NCBI GenBank assembly: GCA_040903745.1
Contig: JBBDUV010000093.1
Location: 19,421-83,420 of the forward strand
Direction: 5' to 3'
Length of the DNA: 64,000 nt
Source of the DNA: Bacteroidales bacterium
Lineage (GTDB): Bacteria; Bacteroidota; Bacteroidia; Bacteroidales; GCA-2748055
Both the position numbers and the translations under genes were made by a program. Below are positions 47,401-56,099 of this stretch, in pieces. Position 1 is the stretch's first letter, and every line of letters starts with the position of its first letter. Below the pieces are notes generated by a model. The model was given only the letters and a program-made list of their open reading frames with translations, ran no database searches and was not told the origin of the DNA.

Positions 47401-48628
47401 CTCCCTTCAATCTGTGGTACAAAATGAATCTCTTTTTTTCATGAAGAAGATCATGCGTATCAGTGGATTCATCACTCCACTCCTTATAAAATGCATACAG
47501 ATCGTCTCCGTGCTTTTCATTGGTAAGCAGATTATTGACCATGGCCAGGAAGTCATATCCTGTTGAGCCCTGCACAGGCCATTTTTCCGGTAACTTCTCC
47601 CCTTTTTCGAGGATCTTTTCCACGGCGATATATGCCTGATCGCCTGACAGGTCCCGCAGTTTTTCCAGGTATGCTGACGGATCAGCCAAACCATCGATAT
47701 GATCGATCCTCAGGCCATCGAAATATTTTTTTTGCAGGAGGTTTTCAACAAATTGGTGGCAGGTACGGAATACATGTTCTTCCTGTATGTTCAGACATAT
47801 CAGACTGTTTATAGTAAAGAATCTGCGGAAATTGATCTGCTTTTCGGTCTCCTTCCAATGGGTCGGAATATACGCAAGTTCACCTAACAGTCTCTTCATT
47901 TTGAGGGGATCGGTATTCACCTCACTTATACAATTGGATATAAAAGCGTAAACATCCTCTTTTTCTTTGTAGGAGTGATAAATTTTCACCAAATCTTCAT
48001 TAGTGAGATCCAGGTGTGCCTTTGACTGAAAGATATTCTTCAGCATAGCGGGCAATTCAATTCCGGAGGCTAATTCGGTCAAACCAGGATAGGCCCGGTA
48101 GGAAACGGGGTATTCATTCTCGAAATAATTGAGTATGAACCCCCTCTCATCAAATTCCAGTGATAACTCCCCTTCCTTGATCACTTTGTCGATTGCTTCT
48201 CCAAAAAAAGGGAGCATAATTTTATCTCTCAACTCTTCATCAGGATGGTTGCCAATGATATCGAAGAAGGAATAAAACCTGGATTGTTTTCCCCTTCGCA
48301 ACAGGTCGAAAATCCATCGGTTTTCGGTTGAGTAGGCCATATGGTTTGGAACGAAATCCTGCAACCAGCCCATGTTTCTGTCATGGAGTTCTTTGATGAG
48401 TCGCTCAAAACTTTCTATGTTGCCGATTTCACTATTAAGCCTCAGTGGATCAACAACATCATATCCATGCATACTTCCCTTCACTGCCTGGAATATGGGA
48501 GAGGCGTAGACCGTCTTAATACCCAAAGAATTCAGATAGGGAACAATAATTTCAGCATCCCTGAAATTAAAGCCCTTATGAAATTGAAGCCGGTAAACAC
48601 TCACCGGATTATATACGTTCCTCTTCAT
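44426..48628 (-). CDS. treY-malQ: Fusion of malto-oligosyltrehalose synthase (TreY, GH13) and 4-alpha-glucanotransferase (MalQ, GH77)
   Basis: Single 1400-aa ORF. TreY motifs are GLRIDHIDGL, IAVEKIL and ATHDTKRGED (residues about 1-900). MalQ motifs are GILLHVSSLPG, LRLDHFRGF, FVAEDLG and YTGTHDN (from about residue 903, coordinate about 45922). Confidence 0.9.
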   Translation of the reverse strand: MKRNVYNPVSVYRLQFHKGFNFRDAEIIVPYLNSLGIKTVYASPIFQAVKGSMHGYDVVDPLRLNSEIGNIESFERLIKELHDRNMGWLQDFVPNHMAYSTENRWIFDLLRRGKQSRFYSFFDIIGNHPDEELRDKIMLPFFGEAIDKVIKEGELSLEFDERGFILNYFENEYPVSYRAYPGLTELASGIELPAMLKNIFQSKAHLDLTNEDLVKIYHSYKEKEDVYAFISNCISEVNTDPLKMKRLLGELAYIPTHWKETEKQINFRRFFTINSLICLNIQEEHVFRTCHQFVENLLQKKYFDGLRIDHIDGLADPSAYLEKLRDLSGDQAYIAVEKILEKGEKLPEKWPVQGSTGYDFLAMVNNLLTNEKHGDDLYAFYKEWSDESTDTHDLLHEKKRFILYHRLKGELDILVYQCKQINSPAIQQIKSSNLKKAIAEFLIYCPVYRLYTIPSGFTEEDKTQVKAIFNSTIKNNKNNKKALKGLKALFLLSGTEEQEIITQVDDFFRRCMQFTGPLMAKGVEDTAFYSYNPFMAHNEVGDNPEYFGMTTTEFHTLMEERWQKSPLALNTTATHDTKRGEDARARMNVLSDIPARWRKMTKRWESINAALKPGFGSQPVPSSNDEYFIYQTLCAHLPMDGKIDNDFNPRLEEYLVKAFREAKVNSSWSEPDTEYENKTLEFTRRILSPENEFLESYQTFVKEIIPHGVINSLTQIILRNTVPGVPDTFQGSETWNMSFVDPDNRRPVDYKNLAETLEMLIADYSRDAAALTDRLWHNTANGSVKQWVSYLTLQERADNPDLFLKGSYQALQVKGAFKEHIISFMRRYRDEYLLIILPLNTAALPEDYDWKETRVILPDISPPRWENRFTKEVLQTSNKVYVKDIFAKIPFGILRGIDPAPGRKSGILLHVSSLPGNYGIGDFGPEAIQFIDFLHRTGQHYWQMLPLSQADRLTAYSPYSSYSAFAGNTLFTDPIQLHEMGLLAALELKEFVKEGEDKVNYPWAEKAKDYFLEKACLNYKKSDVSTLRKEIKKFEEKERYWLSDFALFLAIKRDVGYLPWNEWPEKYRDRDPAALETFTREHKDEIDKIIFKQYIFSEQWNNLREYANVKGIRIFGDIPIYIDYDSADVWSHPEMFRLNSDKSMEAVAGVPPDYFNENGQLWGMPLFNWDAMKADGYRWWLNRIHKNLEWFDLLRLDHFRGFSAYWEVPSDSEVASNGRWIKGPANDLFDMVRKEFPEMPFVAEDLGQIDQDVYDLRDQYNLPGMRVLQFGFEENMPYLQHTPLNFSLNSIAYTGTHDNNTIKGWFKKEADKATLKRIKQYTGKQLKEKNCHTEMIRLAYSSVARITIIPMQDWLGLDERSRMNFPSTTEGNWLWKLKEDHPGKKIEKKIRKMVRTFGRI

Positions 48629-50751
48629 GAATCGTTTGAAAACATTACAATTCCCATGGGTGGGATGATTATATTGATGGAATAATTTTCACCATGATAA
48701 GGAACCGGGTTACTGTCTACACCACCAAAATTACCTATACCACTTCCCCCATATTGTTTAGCATCACTGTTAATAATCTCTGTCCACCGTGAATCAGTTG
48801 GTACCCCAATGCGGTAATTATACCTGGGGACAGGAGTAAAGTTAGCAATTATCAGGACAGGTTGCTTTTTCTTGTCGTCATACCTGATGAAGCTGAGTAT
48901 TGAATTGTGTGAATCATTCGCATCAATCCAGCGGAATCCTTCTTCGGAAAAGTCTTTCTCATACAGGGCCGGGAAGCGTCTGTACACACTGTTCAAATCC
49001 TTGATAAAGAATTGCAACCCCTTGTGAGGTTCAAATTCATTCAGGTGCCAATCCAGGCTGCCTTCATGGTTCCATTCACTCCACTGTCCGAATTCCATGC
49101 CCATGAAATGAAGTTTTTTCCCGGGATGGGCATACATAAAACCAAAGAGGGCCCTCAGGTTCGCAAACTTCTGCCAGTCATCCCCCGGCATCTTATTTAT
49201 CAGGCTTCCTTTTCCATGGACCACCTCATCATGAGACAGGGACAGCATAAAGTTTTCATTGAATGCATACATGATACTGAATGTCATCTGGTTGTGGTGA
49301 TAACTCCTGTGCACAGGCTCATGTGAGAAATAGTTGAGGGTATCATGCATCCAGCCCATGTTCCATTTCATACCGAATCCAAGTCCACCGGTATACACCG
49401 GTCTGGTTACCATGGGCCATGCAGTGGATTCTTCTGCGATAGTTTGAACATCAGGGAAGGAGGTATAAACAGACTCGTTAAGATCGCGTAGAAAGAGGAT
49501 AGCATCCAGATTTTCCCTTCCTCCATGTTCATTGGGAATCCATTCTCCCTCTTCCCTGGAGTAATCGAGGTATAGCATTGAAGCTACTGCATCAACGCGG
49601 ATTCCGTCAATGTGGTATCTTTCCATCCAGCTATGGGCACTGCTAATCAGGAAATTTCTTATTTCATTGCGTCCGTAATTGAAAATATAGCTGCTCCAGT
49701 CGGGATGGTAACCCTTTCGTGGGTCCTGGTGTTCGTACAGGTAAGTTCCATCAAAAAAATGAAGTCCGTGCTGATCGCCCGGAAAGTGGGAAGGAACCCA
49801 ATCGATGATCACTCCGATATCATTCTGGTGAAGAACATCTATGAATGCCATAAACTCATCGGGGTTTCCGAAACGGCTTGTAGGGGCAAAGAAGCCTGTA
49901 ACCTGGTAACCCCAGGATCCTGAATAGGGATATTCTGTAACCGGCATCAGTTCAACATGGGTATAACCCATATACTTAATATACGATGAAAGCTGCTCTG
50001 CGAGTTCTTGATAGGTAAGGGGTCGCATCTCCTCTTCAGGCGAACGGCGCCAGGATTCAAGGTGTACTTCGTAGACAGATATCGGACCATTCAGCCTGTT
50101 ATGCTCCTTTCTTTTACCCATCCATTCAGCATCTTTCCATGAATATCCTTGCTCCCAGACTATTGATGCAGTTTTGGGGGGCTGTTCGTTATAGAAGGAT
50201 ACAGGATCAGCCTTTTCCACCTCGTAATTATCGTATTGGGACCTGATAAAGTATTTATAAGCCTCCCCTTTGCCGATACCCGGAATAAAACCCTGCCAGA
50301 TTCCTGATCCATCATCCCGGATCTTTAAAGGATGGGCCTTCTTCGACCAGTGGTTGAAGTTTCCTATAACTGAAACCGATGCGGCGTTTGGTGCCCATAC
50401 AGCAAAAAAGGTTCCCGGCGTGTTATCATGCTCAATGATATGAGCCCCGAGTTTTTTATGCAGGGAGAAGTGTTTTCCTTCGCGGAAAAGATAGATGTCA
50501 TAATCGGTTATAAAATCGATAACCTCCCATACAGGTTGTTTTGCAGGGGTGGGTGATTTTCTGACTACCGGCTTTTTTGCTGCAGGTTTTGCTGTTGCAG
50601 GTTTTGCTGTTGCAGATTTTGCTGCAGTTTTCTTCTTATTTGCTGATGATCCTGTGCTTGATGATTTTTTTTGTGCTGTCATAATATATATGCTTTTTTT
50701 CCGTACGAAATGACCAGGTTGGTGCCTGCCCATTTTTGTATCAGAATCCAA
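48625..50751 (-). CDS. glgB: 1,4-alpha-glucan branching enzyme with a basic low-complexity N-terminal tail
   Basis: GH13 motifs IDGIRVDAVASMLY, TIAEESTAWP and LSHDEVVHGK. The start is uncertain: 50751 or MTAQKK at 50682. It overlaps treY-malQ by 4 nt. Confidence 0.93.
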   Translation of the reverse strand: MDSDTKMGRHQPGHFVRKKSIYIMTAQKKSSSTGSSANKKKTAAKSATAKPATAKPAAKKPVVRKSPTPAKQPVWEVIDFITDYDIYLFREGKHFSLHKKLGAHIIEHDNTPGTFFAVWAPNAASVSVIGNFNHWSKKAHPLKIRDDGSGIWQGFIPGIGKGEAYKYFIRSQYDNYEVEKADPVSFYNEQPPKTASIVWEQGYSWKDAEWMGKRKEHNRLNGPISVYEVHLESWRRSPEEEMRPLTYQELAEQLSSYIKYMGYTHVELMPVTEYPYSGSWGYQVTGFFAPTSRFGNPDEFMAFIDVLHQNDIGVIIDWVPSHFPGDQHGLHFFDGTYLYEHQDPRKGYHPDWSSYIFNYGRNEIRNFLISSAHSWMERYHIDGIRVDAVASMLYLDYSREEGEWIPNEHGGRENLDAILFLRDLNESVYTSFPDVQTIAEESTAWPMVTRPVYTGGLGFGMKWNMGWMHDTLNYFSHEPVHRSYHHNQMTFSIMYAFNENFMLSLSHDEVVHGKGSLINKMPGDDWQKFANLRALFGFMYAHPGKKLHFMGMEFGQWSEWNHEGSLDWHLNEFEPHKGLQFFIKDLNSVYRRFPALYEKDFSEEGFRWIDANDSHNSILSFIRYDDKKKQPVLIIANFTPVPRYNYRIGVPTDSRWTEIINSDAKQYGGSGIGNFGGVDSNPVPYHGENYSINIIIPPMGIVMFSNDS
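50581..50625. repeat. 15-nt tandem repeat x3 (in frame) inside the glgB 5' region
   Basis: The units are tgcaggttttgctgt, tgcaggttttgctgt and tgcagattttgctgc. On the coding strand they encode AAKSA-TAKPA-TAKPA. Confidence 0.8.
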
Positions 50752-50765
50752 AAGGGTTATCTTTT

Positions 50766-53700
50766 TTATTCTTTATTTTGTATCAACTCATTAAGAATTT
50801 TTTTAAGTCCATTCAGGGGTATATGCAACCAGTCGGGCCGGTTGTTCAATTCATAGTCGGCTTCATAAATGGCCTTTTCTATAGTGTATACAGAGAGAAG
50901 GTCGTCGATCTGCCTCTTTTTTTCCGGAATAAATGAAGCTCCGTCGGCGGTTATCAAATAATTGTCAATAAAGGTATCGCGCACTTTTCTGTACCACACT
51001 TCAAGCCAGGGTAGAAAAGAATCAGCGTTCTCAGGAATTTTGGATTTATACTCCAGGTATCCCATGTAAATAGCATAGTGGAAAGAGCGTAGCATCCCGG
51101 CAATATCCTTAAAGGGACAATACTTCAGGCTTCTGGCTGTAAGAGAGCGGGTGGGCTCGCCTTCAAAATCGATAATAACAAAGTCTTTTCCTGTAAACAG
51201 TACCTGCCCAAGATGATAGTCTCCATGAATTCTGATCCTGGAGGTATGTATCTTTTCCTGTTCAAGTGTGTTTTTTATGGTAGATAAAAGAAGCTGTTCA
51301 TTCTTAATAATATCGCCCAACAGCTCTTTTTGGTCATCATCAAGCTTCTTCATTGAAGCCTTCATCTGGTTGATGGTTCGTTTTATAAGCGTTCTGAAAG
51401 ACTGGTACAATGACTTTTGATATAAGAGGGAAAATGGCTCTTCAGCAAAGTCTTTCTCTTTTTTCACAGAGGCCAGAGCCAGGTGCATTTCAGCTGTTCT
51501 CTGACCCAAAAGTGCAATCATTTCCATGAAGAATGCATCAAAAAGCTGATCTTCCTTCTCTTTACCGATATGTTTCAGAATATCTGTGGCTTTCTCACTA
51601 CTTACGGACATTAACGTCTCTCTCTCGGCCCTTATATTGTCAAAATAATTTTCAATAAAATTCTGTGCAAAATCCCAGGCATTCCCTTCATTGGGCACGA
51701 AGTCTACCAGAAGACCAAGGGACATGCTTTCTGCACCCTGGGTTCTGTATTCAACAGAACCCGCATAGGTCGGGAAGTTTCTGAATCCCGTATTTTCTGT
51801 AAGAACTTTTATTATATCCAGTTCTGGATTTTTTCCTTCCTCCGGACTCCTGTACAATTTTAAGAAAAACCTGTTATCGTAAAGTATAGAAGTATTCGAT
51901 TGTTCTGCCGCGAGTATCCTGGAAGGAAGGGGGAGATCGGTTTTTTTGATTTTTCTGCCTAAATTCTTTCCTGGCAGACCTACAACTTCCCCTTTTTTAT
52001 TTTTGTACTTGCTTCTGTGTACAATCTGTTTCAGGAGAAAATCCCTTACATCATGGTTATAGGAACCATCATAAAGGAGTCCGTCACGCCCTTCTATCTC
52101 TACATTTGCAATTGCAGATTCGGGATGATGATATTTTATATCCTGCAGATCATCACCGAAAACTATTGACAGGGGAATAATATATGTATCGTTCTTACCT
52201 TCAAAATAAACTGTTTCAAGAATAAGAATATATGAATTCTGATCCCCGGTAGGCATCGGCACCGCATCCAGAATTTCAACCTCTTTTAGTTTCTTTCCTT
52301 TTCCTCTGAACCACCTGTTTTTCTGAATATATTCAAACAGCAAGTTCTTCAATGCTTTTTTTGTGGGTTCATACAGCTGATTCCATTGTTTGTTGGTCAG
52401 TTTCAATTGGTAATCGACCGAAAGAGGTTCCACTATCTCATCTTCATGAGGTTTACGCAGTTCGAACCAGAAGTAATTCTTAAACTGCAAAGGGAAGGCA
52501 TAAGGCCTTTCATCAATGGCTGTAAAGTCGTTTTTGCTAAACATTTCCGTCGGAATATATCCTTCATATTGGGACAGGTCCAGGTGGGCCTGCTGAGAGT
52601 ACCTGGAAAGATTGATAACCACCAAAATAATCTCCTCTTTATATGTCCGGGTAAATGCAAGGATCTTTGAATTGTTTGTATCAATAAAATGAATATCGCC
52701 CCGGCTGAATGCCTTGTACTGCTTTCTTTTTGCAATTATACGGCGCATCCACCACAACAACGATGAAGGATTCTTTTCAAAATTTTCAACATTAAGGGTC
52801 TCATAATGATAATCATGGTTAAAGATAACCGGTAAAAAGAGCTGTTGCGGTTCTGCTGAAGAAAAACCTGCATTTTTGTCAGCCGACCATTGCATGGGGG
52901 TCCTGACACCATCGCGGTCACCCAAATAATAATTATCGCCCATTCCTATTTCATCGCCATAATAAACAATTGGTGTACCTGGCAATGAAAAGAGAAGGAC
53001 ATTCATCAACTCAATATTTTTCCGGTCATTTCCAAGCAGGGGTGCAAGCCTTCTGCGAATCCCCAGGTTAATTTTCTGCATGGCATTCTGAGTGAATGAC
53101 TTATACATATAGTCACGCTCCTCATCTGAGACCATCTCCAGGGTCAGTTCATCGTGATTTCTTAGGAAAATTGCCCACTGACAATTATCCGGGATAGCCG
53201 GGGTCTGGTCAAGAATATCGATGAGCGGAAAGCGGTCTTCCATACGCATTGACATATACAAACGAGGCATGAGGGGAAAATGAAAGGACATATGACATTC
53301 ATCACCTTTACCGAAATATTCAGATGCATCATCCGGCCACTGGTTAGCTTCAGCCAGGATCATTTTGTCATCATATTTATCGTCAATATGCTTGCGAAGT
53401 TTTTTAAGAAACTGATGTGTTTCAGGAAGATTTTCGCAATTTGTTCCATCACGTTCGTACAAGTAAGGTACTGCATCTAAGCGCAGTCCATCTACGCCGG
53501 CATCGAACCAGAAATCCAATACTTTTATAACGGCATTATGTACACTGGGATTATCAAAATTCAGATCAGGTTGGTGTGAATAAAAGCGGTGCCAGTAATA
53601 GGCCTTTGCCACCGGATCCCATGACCAGTTGGATATTTCAAAATCCTGAAAAATGATACGTGCTTCACTGTATTTGTTCGTATTATCGTTCCAAACATAG

Positions 53701-54089
53701 AAGTCCCTGTAAACACTGCCGGGTTTTGCATTGCGGGCTCTCTCAAACCACATGTGCTCATTCGAGGTGTGATTTAAGACCAGCTCGGTAATTACCCTGA
53801 GATCTCTTTTATGAGCCTCAATAATGAAACGCTTAAAATCGGCCATGGTACCGTAATCCTCGTGGATATGCGTAAAATCGGATATGTCATATCCACCGTC
53901 CCTTAAAGGAGATTTATAGAATGGCAACAACCAGAGTGCATTCACTCCAAGGTTTTTCAGGTAATCCAGTTTCTTTATCAATCCACGGAAATCGCCAATT
54001 CCGTCACCATCGCTATCCAAAAATGATCTGACATGTGCCTGGTAAATGACAGCATCCTTATACCAACTCTTTTTGTCTGTATTTTGCAT
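50766..54089 (-). CDS. treS: Trehalose synthase fused to maltokinase (TreS-Pep2/Mak)
   Basis: 1107 aa. TreS motifs are DGLRLDAVPYL, ILAEANQWP and FLRNHDELTLE. The C-terminal kinase has IHGDYHLGQVL and IIDFEGEP. The junction is near 52457. Confidence 0.92.
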   Translation of the reverse strand: MQNTDKKSWYKDAVIYQAHVRSFLDSDGDGIGDFRGLIKKLDYLKNLGVNALWLLPFYKSPLRDGGYDISDFTHIHEDYGTMADFKRFIIEAHKRDLRVITELVLNHTSNEHMWFERARNAKPGSVYRDFYVWNDNTNKYSEARIIFQDFEISNWSWDPVAKAYYWHRFYSHQPDLNFDNPSVHNAVIKVLDFWFDAGVDGLRLDAVPYLYERDGTNCENLPETHQFLKKLRKHIDDKYDDKMILAEANQWPDDASEYFGKGDECHMSFHFPLMPRLYMSMRMEDRFPLIDILDQTPAIPDNCQWAIFLRNHDELTLEMVSDEERDYMYKSFTQNAMQKINLGIRRRLAPLLGNDRKNIELMNVLLFSLPGTPIVYYGDEIGMGDNYYLGDRDGVRTPMQWSADKNAGFSSAEPQQLFLPVIFNHDYHYETLNVENFEKNPSSLLWWMRRIIAKRKQYKAFSRGDIHFIDTNNSKILAFTRTYKEEIILVVINLSRYSQQAHLDLSQYEGYIPTEMFSKNDFTAIDERPYAFPLQFKNYFWFELRKPHEDEIVEPLSVDYQLKLTNKQWNQLYEPTKKALKNLLFEYIQKNRWFRGKGKKLKEVEILDAVPMPTGDQNSYILILETVYFEGKNDTYIIPLSIVFGDDLQDIKYHHPESAIANVEIEGRDGLLYDGSYNHDVRDFLLKQIVHRSKYKNKKGEVVGLPGKNLGRKIKKTDLPLPSRILAAEQSNTSILYDNRFFLKLYRSPEEGKNPELDIIKVLTENTGFRNFPTYAGSVEYRTQGAESMSLGLLVDFVPNEGNAWDFAQNFIENYFDNIRAERETLMSVSSEKATDILKHIGKEKEDQLFDAFFMEMIALLGQRTAEMHLALASVKKEKDFAEEPFSLLYQKSLYQSFRTLIKRTINQMKASMKKLDDDQKELLGDIIKNEQLLLSTIKNTLEQEKIHTSRIRIHGDYHLGQVLFTGKDFVIIDFEGEPTRSLTARSLKYCPFKDIAGMLRSFHYAIYMGYLEYKSKIPENADSFLPWLEVWYRKVRDTFIDNYLITADGASFIPEKKRQIDDLLSVYTIEKAIYEADYELNNRPDWLHIPLNGLKKILNELIQNKE

Positions 54090-54099
54090 GTTGCTTTTT

Positions 54100-56094
54100 T
54101 TACATGAAATAATCGAAATCTCTTTCGGAGCGGATCTTTCTTCTTATCCTGAAAATATGCAGAGGCATGATTCCCGGATCTATTTCCACGTAATTATGCG
54201 CTCCGTTCCAAAGATAAAATGAGCCGCTCAGGAGATCATGGACCTGGAAAGGTTCGTGATGGTCCATTTTAAATTTTTCCAGTGGAATGTTGAGCCAGCC
54301 GGATTGTGTATGATGCGGATCAAGATTTATTACCACCACAATAATGTTATCAAGCTCATCCGAAGTTTTGCTGTAACAAAGCAGTGCTTCATTATTTATT
54401 TCATGAAACTTAAGACTGTGGGTGTTCTGAAGCGCTTTGTTCTCTTTTCTGATCTTATTGATGCGTGTAATAATGCTTTTCAGACTCTGTGGACTGTTGA
54501 GATCCCAGTTTTTTATTTCATATTTTTCAGAATTGAGATACTCCTCCTTGCCTGCCTGAACAGGTCTGTTTTCCATTAATTCATATGCTGGTCCGTAAAT
54601 CCCATAATTTGAACTAAGCGTTGCAGCCAGGGCAATTCTCTGTATAAAGCCTGATTTTGGTGTAACCTGGAGATATTCAGGCAATATATCAGGGGTGTTT
54701 GGCCAGAAATTGGGCCTGAAAAAATCCCTGGCCTCCGTATTAACCAACTCCTGACAATAGGTTGTGATCTCATATTTTGTATTTCTCCAGGTGAAGTAGG
54801 TATAAGACTGTGAAAAGCCTGATTTAGCAAGTTGATACATCACTTTGGGACGGGTAAATGCCTCGGCAAGAAATATTACATCAGGATGTTCCTTTTTTAT
54901 TTCACCGATCGTCCAACCCCAAAAACGCAATGATTTTGTATGTGGGTTATCGACCCTGAATATTTTAACTCCCTGTTCAATCCAGTACAGGAAAACGCTT
55001 TTTAATTCTTCCCACAGATTCTTCCAGTCTTCGCTCTCAAAGTTTAAAGGGTATATATCTTCATATTTTTTGGGCGGATTTTCAGCATACTGCAAACTGC
55101 CATCGGGCCTCTCCCTGAACCACTGAGGCTGTTCTTTGACCCATGGGTGATCAGGAGAACATTGAAAAGCAATGTCCAGGGCGATATCAATCCCATATTC
55201 AGATGCCTTTTTTACAAGCCCCCTGAAATCCTCCAGGTTACCCAGCTCCGGATGTATGGATTTATGACCCCCCTCTTTACTTCCGATTGCCCATGGTGAG
55301 CCCGGTTCTCCCGGCCTGGACGTTGTGCTGTTATTTTTTCCCTTGCGTCTGGTTTCTCCAATAGGATGTATGGGGGGGAGGTACATTATATTAAATCCCA
55401 TTTCTGAAACATAGGGAAGAAACCCGATACAGTCTTTGAAACTGCCATGATGTTTCCTGTTCAATCCCAATGAGCGGGGGAATACTTCATACCAACTGCT
55501 GAAATTTGCTTCTGTACGATCCACTTCAATCAGCAGCTCTTTTTCATATTTGGTTATGTGCTTTTTAACCGGATACTTAACCATTATATCGTAAAGTGTC
55601 CCTTCAAGTATCACACGGATCTTATCCCCGGGCGGCATGTTGGGAGAGGTGAAAAGATCCTTCATTTCATTCAGAAAAGCTTTATCTTCAGGAGGAATCT
55701 TGTTGTATTCTTCCAGACTTGCTTTAATGATCTCCCCCCCTATAAGAAGGTCAATATCAAAATCAACCGAAGCCTCAATTTTTGTCAGTATATCTCGGTG
55801 CCATGTTTTAAAATGATCTACCCAGGCCTGAATACCAAAGGACCAAATTCCAATTTTTGTCAGGTTAAAATCTGCAACCCAACTGTCGTTAATATCATAC
55901 ACCAACTCCTTTTTCTGCCACGTATTATCCTTCCCGTATTTGTATAAAAGCTCAGCAGAGAGAATATCATGGCTGTCACAGTAAATATCTGCTTTAACCC
56001 TCACTCCTTCATGAATAACCCGTTTTACGGGAAACTGCCCGCATTGAACCACAGGTTGAACGTTTTCTATAACTACTCTCTGTTGACCGTTCAT
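54100..56094 (-). CDS. glgE: Alpha-1,4-glucan:maltose-1-phosphate maltosyltransferase
   Basis: 664 aa. GlgE-typical N-terminus VVIENVQPVVQCGQFPVKR, with FRVDNPHTK and FLAEAFTRP. Confidence 0.9.
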   Translation of the reverse strand: MNGQQRVVIENVQPVVQCGQFPVKRVIHEGVRVKADIYCDSHDILSAELLYKYGKDNTWQKKELVYDINDSWVADFNLTKIGIWSFGIQAWVDHFKTWHRDILTKIEASVDFDIDLLIGGEIIKASLEEYNKIPPEDKAFLNEMKDLFTSPNMPPGDKIRVILEGTLYDIMVKYPVKKHITKYEKELLIEVDRTEANFSSWYEVFPRSLGLNRKHHGSFKDCIGFLPYVSEMGFNIMYLPPIHPIGETRRKGKNNSTTSRPGEPGSPWAIGSKEGGHKSIHPELGNLEDFRGLVKKASEYGIDIALDIAFQCSPDHPWVKEQPQWFRERPDGSLQYAENPPKKYEDIYPLNFESEDWKNLWEELKSVFLYWIEQGVKIFRVDNPHTKSLRFWGWTIGEIKKEHPDVIFLAEAFTRPKVMYQLAKSGFSQSYTYFTWRNTKYEITTYCQELVNTEARDFFRPNFWPNTPDILPEYLQVTPKSGFIQRIALAATLSSNYGIYGPAYELMENRPVQAGKEEYLNSEKYEIKNWDLNSPQSLKSIITRINKIRKENKALQNTHSLKFHEINNEALLCYSKTSDELDNIIVVVINLDPHHTQSGWLNIPLEKFKMDHHEPFQVHDLLSGSFYLWNGAHNYVEIDPGIMPLHIFRIRRKIRSERDFDYFM

Positions 56095-56099
56095 AATCT

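Noticed and set aside
50581-50625. Tandem repeats that might have been a CRISPR or VNTR locus.
   Set aside because: There are only three 15-nt units with no spacers, they are in frame within glgB, and they encode the AKP tail. This is not a CRISPR array.
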